Made by a program: the position numbers and the translations under genes
Assembly (NCBI GenBank): GCA_051942245.1
Contig: JAVECL010000229.1
Coordinates: 1-34,345 of the forward strand
Length of the DNA: 34,345 bases
Source of the DNA: Trypethelium eluteriae
Lineage: Eukaryota
Reading direction: 5' to 3'
Notes under the pieces: generated by a model
The model's input: the letters and a program-made list of their open reading frames with translations, nothing else
What the model was told of the DNA's origin: nothing
The model's database searches: none
In this document: piece after piece, positions 21,596 through 33,880 of the stretch
Numbering within the stretch: the first letter of the stretch is position 1
Layout of the letters: the number at the start of each line of letters is the position of its first letter

Positions 21596-23797
21596 CTACC
21601 ATGCGCCCAAGCCCACCACGAAGACACCCGAGACCAGCATTCCCACAGCCAGTCCGGTCCTGTCCACTGGCACGCCTCGTCTCGCCGCATTAGCGGTCCC
21701 ATTCGACGGGTTCAGGATCGCCCCATCATAACTACACATCAACACCCCATTGCTATCCAACGGCGATCCGTCGGAACCTAAATCCCGATACGACCGCTCA
21801 AATCCCCTTCCCTTCGCGGGACATGCAAACTGGAGACTCGCGGGGCACGAGCGCACCAGCTCGTAGCAGAACTCGCCACACGGCAGGATCTCGTTGTAGG
21901 GCCCGGGTTGGATGGAGAAGTCGATGCCGCAGTTCGGGTTGCCGTTGGCATCCGAGGGGACTTCTGTCGAAGCAGAGAGATTGGTGCCGCATCCCGCGAG
22001 GGCGTTGCGGGATTGGTTGGCCGAGAGGGCGTTGGCGGGAGATTGGTTGAGGAAGGGGAAGGCAGCGGGTGCCGAGGGCATGGGGACGTAGGTGGGGTCG
22101 TAGAGAATGTTGCTGGGGATGCTGGCGTTCTGGCCAGAAGGGGAGAAGCTGTTGAGGGGATTTGGTGTGACGAATTGCGAGAGGGGATTGACGTTTCGAA
22201 ATTGGGTGTATGGAGTTGATGTGCTAAAATCTTCGCAACGGGGAATCATGACTGCACACAGCCAATTGCGGTATGCGTTGGCGCAGTCTGTGCAGTTTCT
22301 TGCGAGTGAATACTGCGCGGTTTGAGTCGTATTGCATGGGACTTGGGCAAGGGAGTAGGTAAAGTTTTGGAAGAGCGCTTCAGCGGCCAAGTCGTAGAGG
22401 TTGGCGAGGGCAGGAGTGTCATTAAGAAATTGCGGAGAGGTCGGGACTGCGTGAGCAACGTTCGGACATTGGGTAAGGTCGAAGAGGAGTTGACAGTTGC
22501 CGTCTACATTCTTGTTATCTACGATGATTGGATATAGAGGGAATTGGCTTAGCTTACCGGTTTTAGTATTGAAGGTCATAGTTCTCCATACTTGACCTCC
22601 ACCATGTACCACGCGAGGGCCCGAATGGGTAGAATTGCCGTTCATGGCCATGATTCCATGGTAAGTCGAAGAGCCGTTCAGCGTATTCAAATAGAATTGT
22701 TGCTTGGGCTCGGGACTACTGCCCCATAATCCAACCGATCTATTTGTCATGCTCACAACCATTTGTCCCGACTCATTAGCGCTTGGTTGTATTTGAGCGC
22801 TGTTTTGTAGCCCGCAATATGAACGTTGAAGGCCGTTAATGGAAGAGTCATTGGTATTATGCGCAAAAATGGTCAGAGGCGGAGGCCACATGTCCATCCA
22901 CTCGGTGTAGATTGCACTATCTGGCGTTGCACCAGTCATGTTATTCGATACGAATAGAGCAGATTGGCTATCCGCATCGAGAAGGAGTAGGCCTTGACTA
23001 TCACTGTAGGAGTGATAAAAGCCATCAATCGATGCAGCCACCTCGTAATTCCATTCACTTGTGAGCGAACTTGGTACGTCAGGAGGAACCACGGCCATAT
23101 AAAAGTCGTCCGTTCCTAGATAGATAGTACTGGCATGTCCTTCGTAAAGTGTAATATTCTGAATGTTGTCGTTGCCCGGCCCTGCATTGCTCTTCGTTGA
23201 AAGGTACAGGGTAAGTTGAGGAGGTGGTGATCCGCTATTTGACAAGGGTTGCGAGCACGTCGTTACAGAGACATACACTTTCCGTGAACCCTCTTGATTC
23301 GTCACTGTTTGCCATTCCGTATTCTCAGACGAGGCAACCTGGGCCAACCCGCTCCCATTGTCGACTTGATCACTACTGCCATTGAACATTGGTGATGGGA
23401 ACCCGGATCCCTGCACTCCCTTCTCGCTAAACATGGTGGGAATGCTAACAATATATTGATTTGTCTCGCTTGGCTTGATTACATCATTCTTTGGTACGTT
23501 GTTCTCAAGAGTTGTTGGGCTGTCTTGCCTCTTATCCACTCCAGCTCTTATCTTCTCCTCATCGGATACCTGGAGCTTGGCTATCTCTTCTTCCGTCTCT
23601 CGATTGACAGAACTGACTGTGAGGGAATCCTTCGCTAACCGGTGATGGTTGTGATCTTGATTTTGTATTGAATCGAGTTGTGCGGCGTATGCGGTATGTG
23701 GGTTCGAGAGTATATAATAGATAACTAAGATAATGATGGAGGCGACCAGGGATGCGACGAATCGTGATTGCAAAGGAGTAAGCTTGGGGAAGCGCAT
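21596..23797 (-). CDS. MID1: Mid1, subunit of the Cch1-Mid1 Ca2+ influx channel, ~715 aa
   Basis: Start MRFPKLTPLQSRF at 23797 with an N-terminal hydrophobic segment; intron 22504-22557 (GTAAGC..TAG). Cys-rich C-terminal region QYSLARNCTDCANAYRNWLCAVMIPRC and PGPYNEILPCGEFCYELVRSCPASLQFACP; hydrophobic tail. Confidence 0.92.
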   Translation of the reverse strand: MRFPKLTPLQSRFVASLVASIIILVIYYILSNPHTAYAAQLDSIQNQDHNHHRLAKDSLTVSSVNRETEEEIAKLQVSDEEKIRAGVDKRQDSPTTLENNVPKNDVIKPSETNQYIVSIPTMFSEKGVQGSGFPSPMFNGSSDQVDNGSGLAQVASSENTEWQTVTNQEGSRKVYVSVTTCSQPLSNSGSPPPQLTLYLSTKSNAGPGNDNIQNITLYEGHASTIYLGTDDFYMAVVPPDVPSSLTSEWNYEVAASIDGFYHSYSDSQGLLLLDADSQSALFVSNNMTGATPDSAIYTEWMDMWPPPLTIFAHNTNDSSINGLQRSYCGLQNSAQIQPSANESGQMVVSMTNRSVGLWGSSPEPKQQFYLNTLNGSSTYHGIMAMNGNSTHSGPRVVHGGGQVWRTMTFNTKTGKLSQFPLYPIIVDNKNVDGNCQLLFDLTQCPNVAHAVPTSPQFLNDTPALANLYDLAAEALFQNFTYSLAQVPCNTTQTAQYSLARNCTDCANAYRNWLCAVMIPRCEDFSTSTPYTQFRNVNPLSQFVTPNPLNSFSPSGQNASIPSNILYDPTYVPMPSAPAAFPFLNQSPANALSANQSRNALAGCGTNLSASTEVPSDANGNPNCGIDFSIQPGPYNEILPCGEFCYELVRSCPASLQFACPAKGRGFERSYRDLGSDGSPLDSNGVLMCSYDGAILNPSNGTANAARRGVPVDRTGLAVGMLVSGVFVVGLGAW

Positions 23798-24427
23798 CTT
23801 GACAGTCTTCGGAACGTGGTGGTGCTGGCGTTCATGGCGCAAGAGCGCTGACTGAATGAGAGGCCAGTGCAGCGAAAGGTTTAGGGATGAAACATTCAGA
23901 TGCTTCTATGGATCAAGAATCCCTTCATGTAGGTGGAATGGGTTCGAAAGTGCGGTTTGTAGGGTTGGACGTGGCGTGGGTGGTGGGCCGTAGGTACAGT
24001 TGCGGAAGCCAAGTGCTTGCAGACCGGGGAAGTCGTCATCCCAAAATCCGCAACGAAAGATGCAGCCAGAACCTTGCGCAGCACATCCTGAAACACCACA
24101 TGCTTACGAAGCGTTCGACCGAATCTGAACGACGGTCTCCTGGCAAGGAGCCACTGCTGTCAAGTTTACACTCACAAAAATCCGAATTGAGTGCTGCGAC
24201 TACAGCAAACATGCTAAAAAACGCCAGCTGGTCTGTATTTATCCAGTCATGCAGCTCCACCGTACTAAGCCAATGCTATGCTACCAGAACCTCGAAACAG
24301 CGTTCCTCCTACGCCACAGACGCCAATGCTTGTGCGCGCCAAGACATCTAGGTATAGAACACACACCGAAGGAACCTGGTCATTATCCAGGATGGGCAAA
24401 TCCCAAACAAAAGCTTATTCTGGAAAA

Positions 24428-26096
24428 CTACATCATCGACATGAGACCTTGGTTTGCATACGCCTGTTGATTCACATCAGCTATTATCGTTCAACATGAG
24501 GGGTAACAGAAACTTACCATAGGCTTGATGTTCGGATGAGGGACAGCATCGAATTTGTGATAATCGAGCTTATACTCGGGGCCGATGTTGATGTACGCGC
24601 CCTTGTTTTCCGTGGTATCACAGTACTTTGGCGCTGAGAAGACTGGAGCGTTCCACTGTCAATGCACACTTCTCGACTTTGCAGATCGTATAGTAAGTCA
24701 TGCTGCTTACCAGTCACACATCGCCCGTCGTGTTCAACCTCATATCCCTCCATCCTAACCTCATGACTTCTGATCACTGCGTCCAGTCCATTCGCCTCGC
24801 AGAATCTCTTGGTCACGTCGGGTCCGAATTGAAGCCCGACGCCTCTCTTACTCGGGCCCCGACCCGGCTGTGGTTGGGGATCTGTCCATAGCATTTCCAT
24901 CATCAGACCACTTTGACCGGGCTGGCGCTGCTTATGTCTATCAAGCTTTCTAATGTCATCTAGACTCGTCTTGTCATCTGAGAAAAGACCTCCATGCAGT
25001 GTAAGATACTTTTTGCCAATCAGTGTTGCCAGTGGTAATGCGCTGAAGCTTTCTGAGAACAGCTTGAACACGCGCTCGTTGTATTTGGCCTTGCATTCGC
25101 CCTCGAAACCATACATGCGATTCATGTCGTCGGTCTCATGGTTGCCACGGTTTAGCCAGAAGCGTGTTGGGTAGAGCCATTTGTACGCATAGAGCGTAAG
25201 TGCAATCTCGGTAGACCATGATCCACGATCGACGAAGTCGCCGTTGAAGAGATACGAGTGCGTGGCACTTGGATGACCATTGAGACGGAATATTTCCATC
25301 AGGTCGAAGAATTGGCCATGGGTATCACCACAAACGGTCAACTGTTGTCCTTGCTCTAACTCGACCTCCGGCATCGTGGGTTCGTTGTATACAATGTCCT
25401 TGACCGTGAGAATTATTTGGAAGACGTATTTCCTATGAATCTTCTTCCCGTCCTTGAAGCGCTGAACCATATCTTTTATAAATTCTTCAGTCATCTCATT
25501 CTCTAAGCGCACACCATCGTATGATGCCTCGACCTCCATGTGCTCAATATCCAGGCCTTCGGCAGCCGAAGGCGCATCTGCGACCTCAATGGCCTTGATG
25601 AAAGCATCACGTTTCACTGTCTTTTGACAGGCGTCACACTGCGCTTTGGCTACCTTGTCGTTTGGATTCTTCTTGACCACGATCTTCCAATCCCTGAGAG
25701 CTTGATCATGTCTCAATATTGCGGTATTGGCAACAGCTCTTCGGTAATATGCCTAATGGACGGTATGAGCAATGGTAGTGAAAGATGCACGGAAAACACC
25801 ATACTTTTACAAAATTCGGGTTCAGCTCGAGCGCTTTGGTCGCGTCTGCAATCGCAAACCCGTAAGCCTCAAGTTTGATATTGGCCTTGTCATTAGAAAT
25901 TGGTAGCTTAGCTCGAATCCTTCTGGTAAAGTTGGTTGCCATTGCCTACCTGGGCCCGATTGCTGTAAAAAGATGCCTCCTTATCATTGAGATCTATTGC
26001 CTTCGTATAGTACTCTAATGCCGAGGGCCAATCCTTTTCTTTTACTGCTTGGTTGCCCTTTTCTTTGAGCGCTACGGCTTCCTCTATCGTAGACAT
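24428..26096 (-). CDS. PPT1: Ser/Thr protein phosphatase 5 (TPR + PPP domain), ~476 aa
   Basis: Exons 25950-26096, 25805-25885, 24711-25752, 24518-24642, 24428-24463. TPR start LKEKGNQ; PPP motifs GDTHGQ, GDFVDRG, RGNHE, HGG, RSHE, VFSAPKYCD; tail PHPNIKPMAYA. Confidence 0.97.
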
Positions 26097-26606
26097 GGGA
26101 GGCGAGCAGACTACAACCCGTGTGGGATTGAAGGAGGTGGATAATATACAATAATACACGGAGAATTATGGGGGCAACGATTAGTCAGAGTTGAAGGAGT
26201 GAGGGAGTGAAAAGAGAGACGGGAGGTTACTCGAGTACGGTATGCGAGGGTGGGAAAGAAAATGAGTTGGTGAGTTACGGGGGAAAGACTCCCATGACGG
26301 CAGACGGACAAGACCAAAAAGGCGCTGATCTTCCAAGAATGTCATGGACCGCACAGGCCAGCTGGGGACAAAACTCCGACAGCCAAACCACCGAATCACC
26401 GAGCCATCAAACTAAAGTATCCACGCCATCGCCCTTCTTTCATAGCTCACGACAATCCGACACCCTCTTCACGCGTCCAAAGCTGTCGAAACACTCAAGG
26501 ATTCCAAATCCCAATCCCGTCCCGCTGCTCTCCTAATCCACGGCCCTTACACCACCAGAAGCTCTTCCATTAATCCAAAACAAAGCCACTAGTATTACAA
26601 CTGCAA
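26097..26606. promoter_or_regulatory. Probable bidirectional promoter region between PPT1 and SPT4
   Basis: 510 bp between divergent start codons, with pyrimidine-rich leaders on each sense strand. No individual binding sites assigned. Confidence 0.5.
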
Positions 26607-27028
26607 ATGTCACAATCCGCCTACGTTCCCCCTTCCGCCCATCGCTCTCTCCGTGCATGCATGGTCTGCTCCATCATTCAACCCTCCAACCTGTTCATGC
26701 GCTCCGGATGTCCCAACTGCGAAGAATTCCTCCAACTGACGGGCTCCTCCGACGCAATCCAGGATTGCACCTCGCAAGTCTTTGAAGGGCTGATCACGCT
26801 CGCACAGCCCAAAGAGAGCTGGGTCGCAAAATGGCAACGGCTGGAGGGGTACGTTCCTGGTGTATACGCGACCAAGGTGACGGGGGTGCTGCCGGAGGAG
26901 GTGGTGGGTCAAGTGGAGGAAGCGGGCGTGAAGTATATCCCGTGAGTGGTGACTTTGATGTTGGTGAGAGGGCGAGAGCTGACTGCGTTGACAGGCGGGA
27001 TGGGAGCGCGGCGAACGAGGAGGCGTGA
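26607..27028 (+). CDS. SPT4: Transcription elongation factor Spt4, ~122 aa
   Basis: Exons 26607-26941 and 26995-27028; intron GTGAGT..GCTGAC..CAG. Zn ribbon RACMVC...[27 protein letters not shown]. Confidence 0.97.
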
Positions 27029-27423
27029 GAAGACTTTTCTTGTCAGCTTGATACATTTACATGGTAGCGTTGGCGTTGGATAGAGGAATCTTTAGAAGAC
27101 AGAGCGATCTGGAGTTATGGGGTGACAATAAATGACCGTTGTTAGGTATGGTCCTTCCTCGACTCATTCAACAGGGCAGTCCCTCGACACAGTAAAATTA
27201 GTAGAGGCAATCTTTCGATGCAGCAAGTTGCATAAAGTAGACACTGGGATCTCCCAGCGGATGAAATGCATATTTTCAAACGGGTGCTCTAGCGTAGACC
27301 TCATTTCTAGTGCCTGTAGTGTCATCCTCAATGTACAATATCCAACCCGCTATCCTCCATCCTAACGAGCGAAACGCCTGCCCAATGCGTATATACAATA
27401 AGTACGAGAGGTCCACATTGTCT

Positions 27424-29057
27424 TTACAAAGCGAGAGCGCCAAGTATCAAACTTGCGCATACAACGCCCATAATGGCCCACACCGATTGGGCCTGGACAC
27501 TGGAGGCGGCTCCCTGTGAATCTGGGCCGTTTGTGATGTGAGGAATGCCGCCTGTCCTTGCACCACCAGCACCAACGTTAGCAGTGCTGACGGCATTGGC
27601 GACTGGAGTCGCATCTGGGATAGATGAGTTCGTGATCTCCATAATGTTGTCACTGGTAGCATTGAAATTCGTCTGGGCCAGCGAGATGGTATTATTGTGC
27701 AGATCGTAAACCACGTATGCGGACCGCAGAAACGTATCGCCAAGAACCGCCGTTGAGTCGTCGGCGGGACCAATGCCTAATCACGAAAGTCAGAGAATGA
27801 AATATACCCACTTGATATGCTGTAGGGGCAAAGAAGCCTAGACTTACCAAGAATACACTGCGGGTTGTTTCTCGCATCGTAACCCGCAAGAATGACCAAC
27901 TCAGACATGCCGACGCTGATGCTCGGAGACGAAAAGGTAAAGACCAGCGAATCATCGCTGTTCGCAAGATTGCAATCAACGAATGCAGCACCTTGGGTAT
28001 CATCATACTCTGCGTTGTAATGATTGAAGATGGTTTGCGTGATATCATTGGGCAGGTATGATAGACTGCTTCCAGAGTCGAGCAGAACAGGAATCACTTG
28101 GTTCGACGCTAAAGTTGCTGCCGTGCCTTTGTTGCCGACTGCCGTTAACACAATGATGAATTCGGCGAACGTGCCTTCCTCTTGCACGACGGGCACAGTT
28201 TCGAGCGAACCATGGTACTGGTCAGTGTTGACACCCCCAAAGAGAATATTGCCAGTATTCGCATCGAGATCGTTGAGCCAGAGACTGTAGGCGTTTGTAT
28301 TGATCAAACCTTGCTGAACCATAAGCGCTGGGACGTTGGCATATGGCTGAGCGTTTGCACGATTGACTGCGACTTCGTTGACCTGGTACCCAATTCCGAG
28401 GATGCCCTCCTGTGAGGTTGAAGAGTTGCCCAGTCCAAGCTGCAGGTTCTGAAGCGTCACTCCACCTATTTGAAGGTCATCCGTGCCATAAGCGCCACTA
28501 GAGCCAGACCCATCAACGTAGGAGATATTGAAATCATTGTTGAGGAAATTCCAGGAAGAGGATTGTGTCGGATCATATGTGCCGGATTCAGAACAAGGGT
28601 TGTCTCGCGATTCACAAATCTGAGAGCTTGCGACATTCGTCCACAAATCACTACTTCCAGTATCGATGTGTAATCTCAAATTCTGCCCGGGCGTGCCTAG
28701 CGTTACGTTCGCAAAGTAGAGTGTTCCTTCGTTGTCGAGATTCTCCGACACGGTCTTTGAGTTCTGTCGCCGCCTCAGCCGGTCGCGCTCGAGGTCATTT
28801 GACACACGTTTCCGCTGTATCGGCGCGCCGACTACTGCTGGATTCTGTGGGGCGTCAGCATCATCTAAAAGCCAGCAAGCAGGTATTCGTATGCAATGAA
28901 CTGTTTGTTGAGTTGGGCGAGACCTCGGCCCTTAATGATGTGTAATTGGGTAGCTCGGGAGTTAGATGGAAGGCCTTACCTCTCGTTTAACAAGATTTAT
29001 GGCTTCGGCGAATGATAGGAAGCTCACGGACAAGGCGACGGCTGCTAGAACCTTCAT
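27424..29057 (-). CDS. Secreted, probably GPI-anchored aspartic endopeptidase (A1, yapsin/OpsB-like), ~475 aa
   Basis: Exons 28980-29057 (signal peptide MKVLAAVALSVS), 27848-28844, 27424-27776. Catalytic DTGS and DSGS, flap ISYVDGS, LGDTFLRSAYVVYDL, hydrophobic C-terminus after small residues. Confidence 0.93.
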
Positions 29058-29446
29058 AATATCGTTCGAATGAACCAAGCCACGCTTCACTCTCTCGAAT
29101 AAGTTCGGAATTCGCCCGAATGAAGGATGATGCACCCGGGGTGTCCTCAATGGGAAGTAGATCGGTTGAAACACGAACAGCCACACAGGTGAGAGGAAGC
29201 AAGAGGGAAAAAGAAGGAAGAAAACGAAACGAAGTGGAGGCAAGAGTATGTTTTAGGAGATCATGAAGGGGGTTGAAGGGTAGGTTTATTCAAATAATGT
29301 ATGACGCGGCAAGGTCTTTGTGGCTCAGCCACACCCAGACCACCTTTAGGATCACGAGCACGCACAGTGACCGGAGGTCAAGAAGAAGGATAAATTAGTC
29401 GCCGAAGGAAGGCGCAAATGGCGAGATGCTAAATCTAGGTACCTTA

Positions 29447-29618
29447 CCGCGGCTGGGGGGTTCCTCAACTGGTAATTAATACAATGTTACCTCAGTCTAA
29501 CTGTTAAGGTATGATCATGTTGGCCCATGTTAAGGCCGACATGGGCCAACATGGTCACAACAGTAAAGATTGAAGTTACATTGTATTAATTACCCGTTGA
29601 GGAACCCCCCAGCTGCGG
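29447..29618. mobile_element. Putative non-autonomous MITE / fold-back element (172 bp) flanked by TA
   Basis: Almost fully palindromic, no coding capacity. Ends CCGCGGCTGGGGGGTTCCTCAAC ... GTTGAGGAACCCCCCAGCTGCGG with TA at 29445-29446 and 29619-29620. The inverted repeat is certain; the transposon interpretation is inferred. Confidence 0.65.
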
Positions 29619-30395
29619 TAAGGTACCTAAGTCAAGTTCGCAAGAGAAGCCTATGAAGTCAACGAGCCGAAACCCTCTAAAAACAAGTCTTGGCGCCGCC
29701 TGAGCTGAGCAATTACGCAACCAGGCCGTGTCAGTGTCGTCGTCATGCTGCTGGCTGGCTGGATAAAAGGTTTTGCTTGGATGCACCGATGCCCAGACTC
29801 AGCGGCAAACTCACGCATCAAATAATGATTCTTCGCCGGCTTCTGCTACAATGAGTAGAGTACCTTAACATGCTGGCTAATGTAAAATGCCCGCTCTTGT
29901 CAGGTTCATCTTCCTCCGATCCATCGTTTAGTCGGACGATCAGGTACCCGGACCCAGCCGCCAAAGCAGGGTGGCAGAGGCTAGGAAGCCTTCATCCCTT
30001 CGTAGTTAGCGAGGGATCTTACCTAGTAAATAGGCAAAGCGGCGAACAAAGCTGACACAGCAATCGTTTCCAAACCCTTGTGCTTTGCATCCAAGCGCCT
30101 AGTGATACGAACAGTGCTTGATATTTCGAGCCACTGATGCCTAAATTAATACTGTATTGTCTTTGACCAACATAATTTAAGCATGTCCTCATTTATTGGA
30201 ACATACCTAGGTAGGCTTTCAGGTGCATACTCTGTACAAAGCACCGATATGATGTTATGATTGCAGATTTATTTCTGGAGAACAAACTGTGTAATCCGTT
30301 AGGGGATTGCTCCAAGAGATTATATAAGAAGAATCATTCTACTCTGCGCGCGATGCTTCCGAGCAGACCCCAACCCAAGGAATATGGGATACCTT

Positions 30396-32156
30396 TCATG
30401 CATTTTCCGGTCTCCGGAATGGATGCGCCTCAGTGTTAAATACCCACTCATCTAAGCTGACCAGATCTGTCTCACTAAACACCAGATAGAAATATTTTAG
30501 CGTCTCAGCCGTCCAGAAACTTTCCATGCTATCCTGCCGTCGAGGCTTACCATCTGTGACCGTCACATCTGCCAATGCACTATTCGCCAATTCTGTTTCG
30601 GTGGCGTTGTTAATCGCAGTGAACATGTCCCAAGCTGAGTCAAGAAGATCCTGACGTCCAGAAACACGGTAGAGAACAAAGACGGACTCAATAGCCTCCG
30701 GGCGGAGGATGTATCGTCTATCGGGAATCCTGACAAAACCTGGAGGTAGGCGCTTGTCGAAGACTTTCATATTTGACTCCGTGGGTTCGCGACCTTCGGA
30801 TTCCAAAACAGCTGCGCGCCACGCCGTTTCGTTCCAGTCACAGCCATCTTTGGTCGGGCATGGGACCATCTCTACGATTTCTGGCATGATGCCGAGGGGA
30901 AACGCACGGTAGGAGTAAATGCAGCCATCAGTGAGTTTGTTTGCGATTTGTAGATGATCTGCGCGACTTAGCAGTTTTGCCCCCAGCGCAAACATGCCGC
31001 CAGCATAGCACGCTAAGTGCTGATTCTGCGGTTCATGCTTCTCGCTCGTGGGGTTCCTCACTCGTGCATTGCCTGCGATCAAGATGTCGTCCTTCTCTGG
31101 CACCATTGGTCGGAAAATGATGCTTTCGAGAGCAGTAGACATACTGCGTTCATATAGCCTTGCGTACATATCATCCACTCCACCAAGCAAAGCATGCATC
31201 TTTGGCAGATATTCATACAACGAGTCGGCCATTGCGCTGAGGGTAAACCAAGTATCCTGGGTGAAGTCTGCATCGCGCGCGTTCACCGTGACAGGCCACA
31301 TACCAGGCAGCTTAGTTTCGTCTTGTTGTTTGTCGAAGGCTTTCATGATCCGGTGAGTTGCGTCGTACCACTTCGAGTCCCCTGTAATTTGAGATAAACG
31401 CGTGAACTCCATCGTCAAAGAACCAATCTCCGCGACAAGGATGTGCTCAGGTGCTTCTTGCCGATAACCCTTTGCGGCCAGATGAAGCTGCCATCGCGTA
31501 ATTGGCATGCGGTTTGGGGTATCAAACGCAACGTAGATCATCTCCCCTACCTCGATAGCCTTTTGACGTAATGCTTGTTCACCACTAAGGTCGTAAGCTG
31601 CCAAGAACCCTCCCAGATATCGAATTGTAGTCTCAAAGACATTCACCTCATCCATGACAGAAGTAGTAAAATCGATTTTGCCCACAGCCTCGACAGCTTC
31701 GTAGAACTCCTCCTTCATATTCATGATCCACAGGGTATCCAAAGAGTCCACCAATGTAGCGGCCCATCCTCCAAATGTGTTTTTGTAGCCTCCAGTGATA
31801 GGTGTTAATTCATCCTTCATCCACGCGTGTTTTTTATATGAGCTCCAGCATTTCTCGAAAACCCGTTTGACCTCATTTCGCCGTTCCTCTGACTTGGTTG
31901 CGTCTTCCGCCTTCTCTATACCAAAATCGTATTGAACCGGAGGCATACGCCTGGGTGCACCGGTGGGTAAAGGTGTCATTGTCTCAACCGGGTATTTGGG
32001 AGGAATTTTCTCCCAATGGACCGAGCCATGTTTGGCTTTCGGGATTCCAGAGCTAGAAAATGAATCGGTGAGGATGAAAGGATTATGGTAAAGGAAGAGG
32101 TATAGAAAAGCCGCAGACGTTAAAATATACGATACCCATCGCGTCAGTCGTGGCAT
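30396..32156 (-). CDS. Class I alpha-1,2-mannosidase (GH47), type II membrane protein, ~586 aa
   Basis: Single exon from MPRLTRWVSYILTSAAFLYLFLY (signal anchor). Motifs GWAATLVDSLDTL, FETTIRYLGG, ADSLYEYL, HLACYAGG, LRPEAIES, MESFWTAETLKYFYL, FNTEAHP. Confidence 0.95.
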   Translation of the reverse strand: MPRLTRWVSYILTSAAFLYLFLYHNPFILTDSFSSSGIPKAKHGSVHWEKIPPKYPVETMTPLPTGAPRRMPPVQYDFGIEKAEDATKSEERRNEVKRVFEKCWSSYKKHAWMKDELTPITGGYKNTFGGWAATLVDSLDTLWIMNMKEEFYEAVEAVGKIDFTTSVMDEVNVFETTIRYLGGFLAAYDLSGEQALRQKAIEVGEMIYVAFDTPNRMPITRWQLHLAAKGYRQEAPEHILVAEIGSLTMEFTRLSQITGDSKWYDATHRIMKAFDKQQDETKLPGMWPVTVNARDADFTQDTWFTLSAMADSLYEYLPKMHALLGGVDDMYARLYERSMSTALESIIFRPMVPEKDDILIAGNARVRNPTSEKHEPQNQHLACYAGGMFALGAKLLSRADHLQIANKLTDGCIYSYRAFPLGIMPEIVEMVPCPTKDGCDWNETAWRAAVLESEGREPTESNMKVFDKRLPPGFVRIPDRRYILRPEAIESVFVLYRVSGRQDLLDSAWDMFTAINNATETELANSALADVTVTDGKPRRQDSMESFWTAETLKYFYLVFSETDLVSLDEWVFNTEAHPFRRPENA

Positions 32157-32655
32157 CGTGACGCCCCCAGCGAACGAAGAAAGGTCAACCAGGATCTGAA
32201 GACAACATCGGATCTGATTGTGCAAGATGCGCAAGTGGTAAGAAATGAGTGGTTTCTCTGGGGAAGGAGGACATGCTAGAGAATGGAGGCACGATATCTT
32301 TACAAATTTCTTGCTCGCCGATTGGTCAAAGCTTGCCAAGGTACTGCCATGTCACAAGAGCCGAAGAAGACGACCTTCGATTTTGACGTAGCAAGAGTTT
32401 CGTAGATAGGATCGGCTGCACAGCTTCCGAGACGATAAAATGGGAAGTCGCAAATCGAGTGAAGTGTAGGCTTGGCATAGGACTGAAAGGGTGTGCTGCT
32501 CCTCCGCAAGATATTGATTTTTTTTCTCTCTCCTTGGTCCATGCTCACGTGTTTACGCGATGCGCTCGCCGCGTCCTCCATCGCACCCCTCGGCTTAGTC
32601 TCCACCTCACGTCCTTTGCGTCGACTTTCCCGTCCTTGTCATATCACTGGCGATC

Positions 32656-33880
32656 ATGGTCCAAGCAGAGTCATCTGCAACTGCTGCAAAAAATGGAATC
32701 AAACCACATCCCAGTGTCGCCGGCGCTAATTACGAGCTCCCTTGGTCAGGCCCAATTTTGTAGTATGAGCAGTACCTTTCTAATAGTCGTCCTAGGGTCG
32801 AGAAATACAGACCAGTCTTCCTGCAAGATATTGTCGGCAATACCGAAACAATTGAACGATTAAAGATAATCGCCAAAGATGGCAATCTTCCTCATATCAT
32901 CATCTCCGGTATGCCTGGCATCGGCAAGACGACCTCCATTCTTTGCCTGGCGAGACAGATGCTTGGCGACGCCTACAAAGAAGCAGTACTTGAGCTCAAT
33001 GCCAGTGATGAGCGTGGTATCGATGTCGTCCGGAATCGTATCAAAGGTTTTGCGCAAAAGAAAGTTACCCTACCACAGGGCATGCAAAAAATAGTCATCC
33101 TGGATGAAGCAGATAGTATGACGTCTGGTGCTCAACAGGCTTTGAGGCGAACGATGGAAATCTACTCCTCTACAACTCGATTCGCTTTCGCTTGCAACCA
33201 ATCCAATAAAATCATCGAGCCGATACAATCCCGTTGCGCGATCTTGCGATACGCACGGCTGACAGATGGACAAATAGTCAAAAGACTGATGCAGATATGT
33301 GAGGCTGAGAAGGTGGAGCATTCAGAGGATGGCATCGCAGCGCTCGTGTTTTCCGCGGAGGGAGACATGAGACAGGCAATCAACAATTTGCAGAGCACAT
33401 GGGCAGGTTTTGGGTTCGTGAACGGGGACAATGTTTTCAAGGTCGTGGATCAACCACACCCGATCAAAGTACAAGCGATGATCAAAGCATGTCAAGAGTG
33501 TAAGATTGACGAGGCACTGGACTCATTGAAAGAACTATGGTATGTACTGGCTAATCACATTCGTACACATTCCTATGGCTTAATGACGCGTTTGTAGGGA
33601 TCTGGGTTATTCTTCACATGACATCATCAGCACCATGTTCAGAGTCACAAAAACAATACCATCTCTATCCGAACATTCGAAGCTTGAATTTATACGGGTA
33701 TATCTTGCCTAGTGCATGCCTTCTGGTTAAAGATTATCTAACAATGGATACCAGGAGATTGGGTTCACCCATATGCGAATTCTAGACGGCGTACAGACTT
33801 TCCTACAGCTCTCGGGTTGCATAGCACGACTTTGCAAGATAAATATGAAGCCCGGTCTTTTCGTCGTACCGAGCAGATGA
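32656..33880 (+). CDS. RFC4: Replication factor C small subunit (yeast Rfc4 / human RFC2), ~352 aa
   Basis: Exons 32656-32744, 32796-33539, 33598-33697, 33755-33880. YELPWVEKYRP, Walker [20 protein letters not shown], Walker B ILDEAD, SRC motif [15 protein letters not shown]. Confidence 0.96.

Noticed and set aside
23887..24351. 154-aa plus-strand ORF between MID1 and PPT1
   Set aside because: Antisense to the MID1 promoter / PPT1 3' UTR region; no coding signature.
32157..32339. Track N-terminal extension of GH47 (and likewise MID1 23798-23842)
   Set aside because: Begins at a TTG codon; the downstream ATG directly precedes the signal anchor.
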